DNA of 64,000 nucleotides from NCBI GenBank assembly GCA_964355925.1, contig CAYHFN010000005.1:50706-114705 (forward strand), in the 5' to 3' direction. This document shows positions 29,152 through 38,520 of this stretch, one piece after another. Below the pieces are notes generated by a model. It saw nothing but the letters and a program-made list of their open reading frames with translations, was not told the DNA's origin and searched no databases. The position numbers and the translations under genes were made by a program. Positions within the stretch are counted from its first letter, which is position 1. Each line of letters starts with the position of its first letter. This stretch comes from an uncultured Chitinophagaceae bacterium. GTDB lineage: Bacteria > Bacteroidota > Ignavibacteria > UBA10030 > UBA8401.

Positions 29152-31044
29152 ATGGAAAACAACCCAATACAAATATCATTCGTTGATAAGCTCGATCTGC
29201 AGGATAAGCTGGCTGGTTTACCGACAAGTCCAGGTGTGTACCAATTCAAGAATAAAGAAGGAGTGATTCAGTACGTCGGTAAAGCAGTAAATCTGCGAAA
29301 TCGCGTACGGCAATATTTCCATACATCGCGCAATCACGAACCTCGTATTGCTTCAATGGTGGCAAAAATATCAGATCTTGAGATCATTGCAACCGACTCT
29401 GAAGTTGAAGCGCTCATTCTTGAAGCAAATCTTATCAAACTTCACAAGCCACGCTACAACGTAAATCTCAAGGACGATAAATCGTATCCATACATTGTTA
29501 TTACAAAAGAACCATATCCTCGGGTATTTGTAGCACGAAGATTCAACCGAAAGACAGTAAAAGTATTCGGCCCTTACACAGATGTGAATACAATGCGCGC
29601 TGCATTAAAAACGGTGAGGGATATTTTTATGATACGCAGCTGCAATTATTTGATCAACGATGAATTTATTGCAAAGAAAAAGACTCGGGTGTGTTTGGAC
29701 TATCACATTAAAAAATGTGAAGGTCCATGCGAAGGATTGGTTTCCGAAGAGCGATACAATGAAATGATCGATCAGATTGCGAAAGTGCTGAATGGAAAAA
29801 ACAATTCAGTTGTAGAACGTTTACAAGATCAAATGCAAACATCCGCGACCGAAATGAAATTTGAAGATGCGGCAAAATATCGTGACCGATTAAAACAATT
29901 AGAAATCTATTCTTCGAAACAAAAAGTTGTTGATGTCGATCTTCGAGATCGTGATATTGTTGCCGTTGCTGCAGAAGATGATGATGCCTGTGGTGTGATT
30001 TTTAAGATACGAGAAGGAAAAGTTATCAGCCGGCAGCATTATTATATGAACGGCGTTGAAGGGAAGAACGACAGCGAGATCATCGAAACACTGGTTGAGC
30101 GTTATTACTTAGAAGCGTTAGATATTCCAAAAGAAGTTGTTCTTTCATACGACATAGAATCGAGAACAATTGTTGAACAGTGGCTTTCGTTAAAACGTAG
30201 TGGCGGTGTTTCATTCCACATTCCCTCGCACGGTGAAGTTGCAAAACTTCTTGAAATGTGTAAAAAGAATGCGAAATATCTGCTTGACGAGTTGAAGTTG
30301 CAAAAATTAAAACAAAAAGATTTCATTCCTGCCGCAGTTCGTTCGTTGCAGCGAGATCTGCGAATGGAAAAACCTCCGCGCCGAATAGAATGTTTTGATA
30401 TTTCTCATTTTCAAGGAACGGAAACTGTAGCATCAATGGTTGTGTTCGTAGATGGCAAGCCAAAGAAAAGTGAATACAGAAAATTTAAAATTAGAACAGT
30501 AGCTCCTTCCGACGTGAATGATTTTGCAAGTATGAAGGAAGTAATCTTTCGACGGTATAAACGCGTAGTAGAGGAAGTCTTGGAAATGCCCGAGTTAATT
30601 ATGGTCGACGGAGGGAAAGGGCAGCTTTCGAGCGCATTGGAATCATTACTTGAGTTAAAATTGGAAAATCACCCGATCATTAGTCTTGCCAAACGATTGG
30701 AAGAAGTATTTGTTCCTCATCAAAGTGATGCTCTGCCAATCCCAAAATCGTCTTCTGCATTACGATTACTTCAGCAGATCCGTGACGAAGCTCATCGATT
30801 TGCCATTACATTCCATCGATCGTTACGAGATAAACGAACACTACAGACCGAATTAGACCTTATAGAAGGCGTAGGGAAAAAGCGAGCAAAAGAACTACTA
30901 GAAGTATTTGGATCTGTTCAGGGGGTGAAATTTGCAACATCAGAGCAACTTTCAGAGGTTGTTGGTGAAAAGACCGCACAAAAAATTCAAGAATATTTTG
31001 TTACGGATAATGTTCCGACTGAACAATTATCTCCTCCGTTTTAA
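29152..31044 (+). CDS. uvrC: Excinuclease ABC subunit C
   Basis: GIY-YIG (PGVY, YVGKA), ECFDISH, DGGKGQ, RDEAHRFA, HhH motifs. Confidence 0.97.
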   Translation: MENNPIQISFVDKLDLQDKLAGLPTSPGVYQFKNKEGVIQYVGKAVNLRNRVRQYFHTSRNHEPRIASMVAKISDLEIIATDSEVEALILEANLIKLHKPRYNVNLKDDKSYPYIVITKEPYPRVFVARRFNRKTVKVFGPYTDVNTMRAALKTVRDIFMIRSCNYLINDEFIAKKKTRVCLDYHIKKCEGPCEGLVSEERYNEMIDQIAKVLNGKNNSVVERLQDQMQTSATEMKFEDAAKYRDRLKQLEIYSSKQKVVDVDLRDRDIVAVAAEDDDACGVIFKIREGKVISRQHYYMNGVEGKNDSEIIETLVERYYLEALDIPKEVVLSYDIESRTIVEQWLSLKRSGGVSFHIPSHGEVAKLLEMCKKNAKYLLDELKLQKLKQKDFIPAAVRSLQRDLRMEKPPRRIECFDISHFQGTETVASMVVFVDGKPKKSEYRKFKIRTVAPSDVNDFASMKEVIFRRYKRVVEEVLEMPELIMVDGGKGQLSSALESLLELKLENHPIISLAKRLEEVFVPHQSDALPIPKSSSALRLLQQIRDEAHRFAITFHRSLRDKRTLQTELDLIEGVGKKRAKELLEVFGSVQGVKFATSEQLSEVVGEKTAQKIQEYFVTDNVPTEQLSPPF

Positions 31045-31183
31045 GATACAATTCTGCTTAAATCAACAATTTTCCTGCAAGTTTTCGTTGTTTTTAAGGG
31101 GTATTTCGATTATCTTTTGTTTTACAAAGACTTAAAATCTCATCATTTCATAATATTTTTGCAGTAAGGAGTTATAACGCAGT

Positions 31184-33274
31184 ATGGGTATAATGACAAG
31201 AATGCGTAACAATATGCCTGTTATTTTAATAGGATTGGTTATTGTTTTTATCATAACGATCGTTTTTGAATGGGGAATGGATTACCTCGGAATGTCTCGA
31301 CAGAGCGACACCGTTGGAACAATTGAAGGTAAAAAAATCTCGTATCAACAATTCTCTGAAATGGTTCGTGAACAATCGGAGCAGTATAAAAAGCAGAGTC
31401 AAAAAGATCCTGACGAAAATATGACGCGTCAGATTCGTGAACAAGTTTGGAATAATCTTGTTACGCAATCACTTCTTGATCGTGAAACAAAACGTGCAGG
31501 AATTACGGTTACCGATCAAGAGATTATTGATTGGGTTCGTGGAGAGAATCCACCGGAATTTTTGGTACAGCAATTCCGTGATTCAACGGGTAATTTCCGA
31601 AGAGATGCTTATGATCAAGCAATAAACGATCCGAAGAATAGAGAAGTATGGCTTCAGGTAGAAACGGCGTTACGTCAACAACGTCTTGCAGAAAAGATGC
31701 AAAGTGTAGTATTTGCTTCTGTTCGAGCAACCGAGGGAGAAATCCGCGACCGATATATTGACCAGAATCTAAAAGCGAATATTCAATATGCCTTCTTTGA
31801 CCCGGATAAATTTGTTGCTGATAATGCAATAACACTTTCTGATGAAGACATTAAGAAAGTCTATAATGAAAATACCGATGAATTCAAACAACCGGCAACA
31901 CGCAAATTGAAATATGTATTGTTCAATGATCAAGCATCGGCAAAAGATTCAGATGAAGTCAAAGTTGAGATCAGTAGTATCCTGCAGCGGATCAAATCCG
32001 GATTCGATTTTCTGGAAGTTCAGAAAGATTATGCAGAAACATCTCCGAAGCCTGCATTCTTTAAGCATGGTGAATTGACTAAAGAAAAAGAATCAGCAGT
32101 ATTCGCAGCAAAAGTTGGGGATATTGTCGGTCCTATTGCTGATTATGAAGGCGAACATCTTTTCAAAATTTTGGAAGAAAAGAAATCAAATGATGCATTT
32201 ATAAAAGCTCGTCACATCCTTTTGAGTGCAGCAACCCCTGACCAAGAAGCATCGGCGAAGAAACTTGCCAATGAATTGATCATGCGCGCAAAACGCGGCG
32301 AAGATTTTTCTGCGCTGGCAAAACAATACTCGACCGAACCCGGTGCAGCATCATCCGGCGGCGATCTTGGCTGGTTCGGAAAAGGGAGAATGGTAAAAGA
32401 ATTCGAAACTGCTGCTCTTGCAGGCCGTCCTGGGCAGATTCTTGGTCCAGTGAAAACACAATTCGGAATTCATATTATCAAAATTGAAGGACGGGATAAC
32501 AGGGAATTGAAAGTTGCAGCAATCTCTCTTCCGGTCAAAGCAAGTAATTCCACAAAAGAAGAAGCATTTCAGCGTGCTCAAGATTTTGCATACATTGCCA
32601 AAAAAGGAAACTTTGATACTGACGCAGACGGCAGCGGTCTAAAAATTCAAGAAACATCGGAATTTACAAAAGGTACTTTTATTCCCGGTCTTGGACAATT
32701 TGAATCGGTAAATAAATTTGCATTTAAAAACAGTCTTGGTGCAATCAGTGATGCGTACCAGGTCAACAATGGGTATGCAGTAGTGAAGGTCTCGGAAGTG
32801 AAAAAAGAGGGAGTGCGTCCTTTTGATGAAGTAAAAGAATCACTTCGTCCGCGAACGCTGCGGCAGAAGAAAATGGATCAGTTAAAAGAGATAGCAAAAC
32901 AGAAATTCTCTGCTCTTGGTGAGAACGGTGATCTGAACACATTGACCTCTGATGCAAATATCTTGGTTCAAACGACTGGAGATTTTTCATTTGGCGGTGC
33001 TATTCCCGGTATGGGACGTGAAAATGCAGTAAGTGGGTCCGCAAAGAACGGACAGACACAAAAAATATTACCGCCGGTTGAAGGAAAACGTGGATATTAT
33101 CTTGTCAAAATTCTCAATCGTACTGCATTCGATACATCGGCATATTCTGCCACAAAAAATATGCTTTCGATGCAATTGATCAACGAAAAAAAACAGCGTG
33201 TGCTTACGCAATGGCTTGAAAAACTAAAAGAAACGGCAGAAATAGAAGACAATAGAGATACCTTCTTCCGTTAA
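31184..33274 (+). CDS. PpiD/SurA-like peptidyl-prolyl isomerase chaperone
   Basis: N-terminal TM anchor, SurA-N domain, parvulin motifs (ARHILL, GGDLGWF, TQFGIHII). Confidence 0.85.
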   Translation: MGIMTRMRNNMPVILIGLVIVFIITIVFEWGMDYLGMSRQSDTVGTIEGKKISYQQFSEMVREQSEQYKKQSQKDPDENMTRQIREQVWNNLVTQSLLDRETKRAGITVTDQEIIDWVRGENPPEFLVQQFRDSTGNFRRDAYDQAINDPKNREVWLQVETALRQQRLAEKMQSVVFASVRATEGEIRDRYIDQNLKANIQYAFFDPDKFVADNAITLSDEDIKKVYNENTDEFKQPATRKLKYVLFNDQASAKDSDEVKVEISSILQRIKSGFDFLEVQKDYAETSPKPAFFKHGELTKEKESAVFAAKVGDIVGPIADYEGEHLFKILEEKKSNDAFIKARHILLSAATPDQEASAKKLANELIMRAKRGEDFSALAKQYSTEPGAASSGGDLGWFGKGRMVKEFETAALAGRPGQILGPVKTQFGIHIIKIEGRDNRELKVAAISLPVKASNSTKEEAFQRAQDFAYIAKKGNFDTDADGSGLKIQETSEFTKGTFIPGLGQFESVNKFAFKNSLGAISDAYQVNNGYAVVKVSEVKKEGVRPFDEVKESLRPRTLRQKKMDQLKEIAKQKFSALGENGDLNTLTSDANILVQTTGDFSFGGAIPGMGRENAVSGSAKNGQTQKILPPVEGKRGYYLVKILNRTAFDTSAYSATKNMLSMQLINEKKQRVLTQWLEKLKETAEIEDNRDTFFR

Positions 33275-33291
33275 TGTATTGATGGTAGAGA

Positions 33292-33981
33292 ATGAAGAAA
33301 ATTGTTCTGCTGAACATTGTTCTTGCATTGACCCTTTTTGGGAATGAACATAAATTTTCGCTCTCATTGAAAGGGACATTTACCACCAGTACGAGATTTT
33401 TGTACAATATCAATAATCCAAATGTGTACAGTGAGTCACGATCGATTGCTTCAAATTTTGGATATGGTGCAGATGTGCGCTGGAATATTTTATGGGATCG
33501 ATTTTTTTTAGGATTCTCAACGGAAAAAATAAGTGCACTTCAAACAACACCCGTAATTTACCCACAATTTGATGAATTACGAGTGCCGTATAAAGAGGGT
33601 TTTGAACTTTTAGCGTTGGAATTGAGCGGTTATTTTGTCGTGCCGATCAGCAACGAGCGTGTAAAGTTTTATCTTGGCGGCGGATTTGGGACGTATGACG
33701 GAAAACGTTTTTTTTCTGTAGCTGAAGTCAATTCGGAAACGATCTCATCAAAGTCGTACATCGGAATTCACGTGATGACCGGTGTTGATTACGAAATCCA
33801 TTCACGAATCGGTCTTCGTTTTGAAATAAAGTTCAGAGATCCGCATTTTGATGTTACAACAAAATTCGATCAACAATCAGTAAATTATTTAGGATATCAG
33901 ATACAACTTCCGCCAGAAGAAACCGTTAAAGTGAATCTTTTTGGCGTAAACTATGTCGGCGGCGTAGTGATCTTCTTGTAA
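33292..33981 (+). CDS. Small outer-membrane beta-barrel protein
   Basis: Signal peptide; FYLGGGFG and TGVDYEI strands. Confidence 0.65.
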   Translation: MKKIVLLNIVLALTLFGNEHKFSLSLKGTFTTSTRFLYNINNPNVYSESRSIASNFGYGADVRWNILWDRFFLGFSTEKISALQTTPVIYPQFDELRVPYKEGFELLALELSGYFVVPISNERVKFYLGGGFGTYDGKRFFSVAEVNSETISSKSYIGIHVMTGVDYEIHSRIGLRFEIKFRDPHFDVTTKFDQQSVNYLGYQIQLPPEETVKVNLFGVNYVGGVVIFL

Positions 33982-34049
33982 TTCTATGTATTCAGATTAT
34001 TCTAATTCCTGCTTTACAATAGCGGGAATTTGTTTTTTAGTGACTTGGA

Positions 34050-34604
34050 ATGAAACATAAAGAAAAAAAATCAATAATTTTTTTAACCGGATTTATGGGG
34101 AGCGGGAAAAGTACCGTTGGACCAATCCTTGCCAATACGATGGGTTACAAATTCATTGATCTCGATCTGTTGATCGAAGAACGAGAGCATCGTAAGATCA
34201 GTCAGATATTTGCTGCTGAAGGTGAACAAAAATTCAGGTTGTTGGAACGTGAAATGTTAAAAGAAATTCTCGTCAACAATTTAACGATTATTTCGCTGGG
34301 CGGCGGGACGGTTGCAAACAATGAAACTCTTGATCTGGTAAAACATCACGGCGTGATGGTATATCTAAAATCAGATGCTGAGCATATCTTTCAGCGACTC
34401 CGTACAAAGAGTGACCGCCCTATGCTTCGTGATGACAATGGACAATTGTTGGATGGAGTCGACCTCAAGAAAAAGATCGATCGATTGCTTACAACACGTG
34501 AACAATTTTACCAACAAGCCGATATCGTTATTACAACAGATGATAAAAAAATCGGATATACCATTGATGAACTTGCAAAAAAGCTCTCTCCATACATTGA
34601 CTGA
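34050..34604 (+). CDS. aroK: Shikimate kinase
   Basis: GFMGSGKST, EQKFR, LGGG, RPML motifs. Confidence 0.95.
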   Translation: MKHKEKKSIIFLTGFMGSGKSTVGPILANTMGYKFIDLDLLIEEREHRKISQIFAAEGEQKFRLLEREMLKEILVNNLTIISLGGGTVANNETLDLVKHHGVMVYLKSDAEHIFQRLRTKSDRPMLRDDNGQLLDGVDLKKKIDRLLTTREQFYQQADIVITTDDKKIGYTIDELAKKLSPYID

Positions 34605-35706
34605 TAACTACCATATAGTGAAAGTACCGCTAGGGGATCGATCCTATCCGATCTACATCGGTACAAATCTGGTAAAGAACATCGGCAAATTATGTATCAA
34701 TCATAAAATCTCTAGAACAGTCGTCATCATTACCGATGAAAATGTTGCACGGTATTACCTTTCTCAGGTGAAGACAAGCCTGGAAAAGAAAAAATTTTCA
34801 GTGCAGATGATCGTTCTTCCATCAGGGGAACGGCAGAAAAGTTTAGAAACTGCAGAAAAGATCTATACAAAATTGCTGGGATGGAATATTGAACGAAACT
34901 CAACGATCGTTGCATTGGGCGGTGGTGTTGTTGGAGATCTTGCAGGATTTATCGCCGCCACGTATCAACGCGGAATTGGTTTTGTACAAATCCCGACGAC
35001 GTTATTGGCGCAGGTTGATAGTTCAGTCGGAGGTAAAGTTGGCATCAATCATTCTCTCGCGAAGAATATGATCGGTGCATTTTATCAGCCTCAATTTGTT
35101 CTTGCTGACACATCCGTTCTGAAGACATTATCGAAACGAGAATTGATCTGCGGAATGGGTGAAGCAGTGAAGTATGGAGTTATTTTAGATAAAAAATTTT
35201 TCTCCTTCATAGAACAGAATTTGAGCAAGGCACTGTTGGGAGAACATACAATCGTATCGCATATCATCCGCCGCAGCTGCGAACTAAAAACATATGTTGT
35301 TTCTCGCGATGAAAAAGAACTGAACCTAAGGACTATCTTGAATTTTGGTCACACCGTTGGCCATGCACTGGAACATGCCGGAAAACTATCATCATTGAAA
35401 CATGGTGAAGCTATTCTGTATGGAATGATCGCCGAAACAAATATTGCTTTTGAATCGGGAATGATTTCGTTTGACGACCAAGAACGATTGGAGCGATTGA
35501 TCCAACGCATTCCAATTCCATCGCTGAGTTCACTCCGTTTGAAAAATACGAAAATGATTGAAACGATGAGAAAAGATAAAAAAGTAAAGGATGGTTCGAT
35601 TCGTATGAATCTTCCATACACGATCGGAAAGATTTCATTACCAATGAACGTTGATGAACGATTGATCGAAGGTGCAATTGACTACGTGAAACTCTTTGGC
35701 GTATAG
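34597..35706 (+). CDS. aroB: 3-dehydroquinate synthase
   Basis: ALGGGVVGD, PTTLLAQVDSSVGGK, LNFGHT motifs; TTG start overlapping the aroK stop (track start 34375 is too far upstream). Confidence 0.93.
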   Translation: MTDNYHIVKVPLGDRSYPIYIGTNLVKNIGKLCINHKISRTVVIITDENVARYYLSQVKTSLEKKKFSVQMIVLPSGERQKSLETAEKIYTKLLGWNIERNSTIVALGGGVVGDLAGFIAATYQRGIGFVQIPTTLLAQVDSSVGGKVGINHSLAKNMIGAFYQPQFVLADTSVLKTLSKRELICGMGEAVKYGVILDKKFFSFIEQNLSKALLGEHTIVSHIIRRSCELKTYVVSRDEKELNLRTILNFGHTVGHALEHAGKLSSLKHGEAILYGMIAETNIAFESGMISFDDQERLERLIQRIPIPSLSSLRLKNTKMIETMRKDKKVKDGSIRMNLPYTIGKISLPMNVDERLIEGAIDYVKLFGV

Positions 35707-35849
35707 CAGATAATACAACTGATTTACATTCTTTTTTTTATCCTCAATTCCTAAACGTTGTCAGATTTTTGTAAAAAAGTAAAAGAACTCACTGTGTTTT
35801 TTGTGCAGTACTCTCACCTTGAAAGAAATTTGTGTATAGTAAAGAATTT

Positions 35850-38432
35850 ATGAAAAAAATATTCACTGCGATATTAGCAATATCACTCGCCGGGACAGTT
35901 TTTTATTCGATTGTAAAAGATCGTAGAGAACGAGAGGACGAAACCGGACATGCCGATGAAGCATTTGAATGGTGGTATTCTCAACGAGCACTTCCAGGAA
36001 ATGCAATTCAACCGGATGGAATCGCAAAGGCATTTGAATATACTCAGCGAACTATGTTTGCAAAGAAAAAATTTCTTTCTGAAGAACCATGGCAATCAAT
36101 TGGTCCGGATAATGTCGGAGGAAGGGTTCTTTCGTTAGCGATCGATCCCGATAGTTCAAATATTGTTTGGGCAGGGTCGGCCAGTGGAGGGTTGTGGCGT
36201 TCACGATCAGGCGGGGTTGGTGCACAAGCGTGGGAATATGTGAATACAGGATTTTATGTTATTGCTGTGAGCACAATTGCAATCAATCCGCTGAATGCGA
36301 ACGAAATGTATATCGGAATGGGAGAGATCAGTGGATATAATCTTGGACAAGTGGGAACACCAGGTGCACGCACAACCTATGGTGGCGGTATAGTAAAAAG
36401 TATAAATCGTGGAAAAACATGGCAGGTTACAGGTTTGAATTTCCTCTTTAGTCAAAATCGTTCCGTTCAAAAAATTGCGATCAATCAAAAAAACCCAAAA
36501 ACAATTTTTGCGGCAACATCTGAGGGAACATATCGATCGTATGATGCCGGAGCAACATTCGTTCGTGTCCATGATACATTAATGGTAATGGATGTTGCGA
36601 TTAATTCTGTCGATACAACTATTGTCTATGCTGCCTGCGGTCAACGCAATACTGCACCCAATCCGGGATTATATCGCTCACTCAATGGAGGCAATTCATT
36701 CACTAAGTTAACTATTGGACTTCCGACGGTTGATTTTGGAAGAACCTCGATTGCAATTTCACCATCAAATCCGAGCACTGTTTTCGCAAGTATATCAAAT
36801 GCTACTACTCATAATCTTGATGGCCTTTATAGGACAACGAACAACGGAGATACATGGGAAAAAATGTCCACCATAAATTACTTAAATGGTCAAGGCTGGT
36901 ATAATAATATTTGTATCGTTCATCCTACAAATCCAAGTATCGTTTATGGTGCAGGATTGGATATCTATAAATCTGTTGCGGGTGGAAGCAGTTTAACGCA
37001 GAAGTCTTTTTGGTATAAAGGTCTAGAAGGAGTTATTCCACCGGGAGGTAAAGAAGGATCAGATAATTCGTATGCACATGCAGATCATCATGCGATGGTT
37101 ATAGATACGAAAAATTCAAATAGAATGTTTTTTGGAAGTGATGGAGGTGTTTTTGAATCTACCGATGGCGGTGAAACATTTATCGGTAGGAATGGCGGAT
37201 TTATTACAGCACAATTCTATAATGGATTTGCAAATGCAATGACAGATTCATTGATTGCTCTGGGTGGTTTGCAAGACAATGGATCGGTGAAGTGGGAAGG
37301 TAAAAATTCGTGGAATAAAGTTTACGGTGGCGACGGGGGATGGAGTGCAATTGACCCTGTCAACAAAAATATCATGTATGAAGAATATGTCTATTTGGAT
37401 ATCTCGAAATCTACGAATGGAGGAGTATCATGGACTGGAATATTAACATCAAATGCAGATTCTTCAAATTTCATTGCTCCATTCGTTGTTTCACCGAGTA
37501 ATGGTAATGTATTATATGCCGGTGCAAAAAAATTATTTAAATCGACTAATGGTGGTACAAATTGGTTTGCAACAAATAGCAATACTGTCTTAAATGGAAC
37601 AAATATTTCATGTCTCGATGTAAGTTATGGTAACTCCGATACTGTTATTGCCGCAACCGGACAGAGGACAAATCCTATCTTTGAAATATTTTATTCTACC
37701 AATGGTGGATCACTTTGGACAAAAACAGCGTCGGCAATTCCCAATCGTTATCCAACAGATATTGCATTCAATCCGTCTAACAGTAAGATTGCGTTTGTAA
37801 CATTTTCGGGATATGGAACTTCACATGTTTTTAAATCAACTGATGCTGGAAAGACATGGAATGATATTTCCGCAAATCTTCCGGATTTACCAACGCAATC
37901 CGTTTGTGTAGATCCCGTTGATGGGAACGTCATCTATGTTGGAACCGACCTTGGTGTTTATCGTACGCTCGACGGCGGAAAAATATGGGAACCGTGGTTT
38001 GACGGTATGCCTTATGCAATGATTATCGATGTATCCATTTCTCGTGTTGATCGAAGATTGCGCGCGGCAACATTCGGAAACGGTGTGTATCAACGAAAAC
38101 TTTCTATTCAGAAACCGGCATTAGTTTTTGCAGAAAATGCAAATGTTCCGTTTGAATATTCACTTTCCCAAAATTATCCGAATCCGTTTAATCCATCAAC
38201 GACAATATCGTATTCAATTCCCGCAGAAACGGACGGTCATTCGCTCCAGAATGTAACATTAAGAGTGTACGATGTTTCGGGAAGAGAAATTGCGATACTT
38301 GTGAACGAACAACAAAAAGCTGGAATATATTCTGTGAAATTCAGTGCATCAAAACTTTCGAGTGGCGTATATTTCTATACACTTCAAAGCGGAAAATATT
38401 CTGAAACGAAAAAATTTATATTGATGAAGTAA
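35850..38432 (+). CDS. BNR/sortilin-like beta-propeller protein with a T9SS C-terminal sorting domain
   Basis: Repeated SxxGGxxW Asp-boxes; C-terminal SLSQNYPNPFNPSTTISY...SGVYFYTL. Confidence 0.8.
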   Translation: MKKIFTAILAISLAGTVFYSIVKDRREREDETGHADEAFEWWYSQRALPGNAIQPDGIAKAFEYTQRTMFAKKKFLSEEPWQSIGPDNVGGRVLSLAIDPDSSNIVWAGSASGGLWRSRSGGVGAQAWEYVNTGFYVIAVSTIAINPLNANEMYIGMGEISGYNLGQVGTPGARTTYGGGIVKSINRGKTWQVTGLNFLFSQNRSVQKIAINQKNPKTIFAATSEGTYRSYDAGATFVRVHDTLMVMDVAINSVDTTIVYAACGQRNTAPNPGLYRSLNGGNSFTKLTIGLPTVDFGRTSIAISPSNPSTVFASISNATTHNLDGLYRTTNNGDTWEKMSTINYLNGQGWYNNICIVHPTNPSIVYGAGLDIYKSVAGGSSLTQKSFWYKGLEGVIPPGGKEGSDNSYAHADHHAMVIDTKNSNRMFFGSDGGVFESTDGGETFIGRNGGFITAQFYNGFANAMTDSLIALGGLQDNGSVKWEGKNSWNKVYGGDGGWSAIDPVNKNIMYEEYVYLDISKSTNGGVSWTGILTSNADSSNFIAPFVVSPSNGNVLYAGAKKLFKSTNGGTNWFATNSNTVLNGTNISCLDVSYGNSDTVIAATGQRTNPIFEIFYSTNGGSLWTKTASAIPNRYPTDIAFNPSNSKIAFVTFSGYGTSHVFKSTDAGKTWNDISANLPDLPTQSVCVDPVDGNVIYVGTDLGVYRTLDGGKIWEPWFDGMPYAMIIDVSISRVDRRLRAATFGNGVYQRKLSIQKPALVFAENANVPFEYSLSQNYPNPFNPSTTISYSIPAETDGHSLQNVTLRVYDVSGREIAILVNEQQKAGIYSVKFSASKLSSGVYFYTLQSGKYSETKKFILMK

Positions 38433-38454
38433 CATTAGATTTGTGAAATAGCAA

Positions 38455-38484
38455 CGCCCTAAAGTCTTTGAGGAATTTAGGGCG
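38455..38484. terminator. Hairpin between convergent genes
   Basis: CGCCCTAAA...TTTAGGGCG, no clear U-tract. Confidence 0.45.
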
Positions 38485-38520
38485 CTTAATTATCCTTAAC
38501 AATATTAGATATATTCGTAT

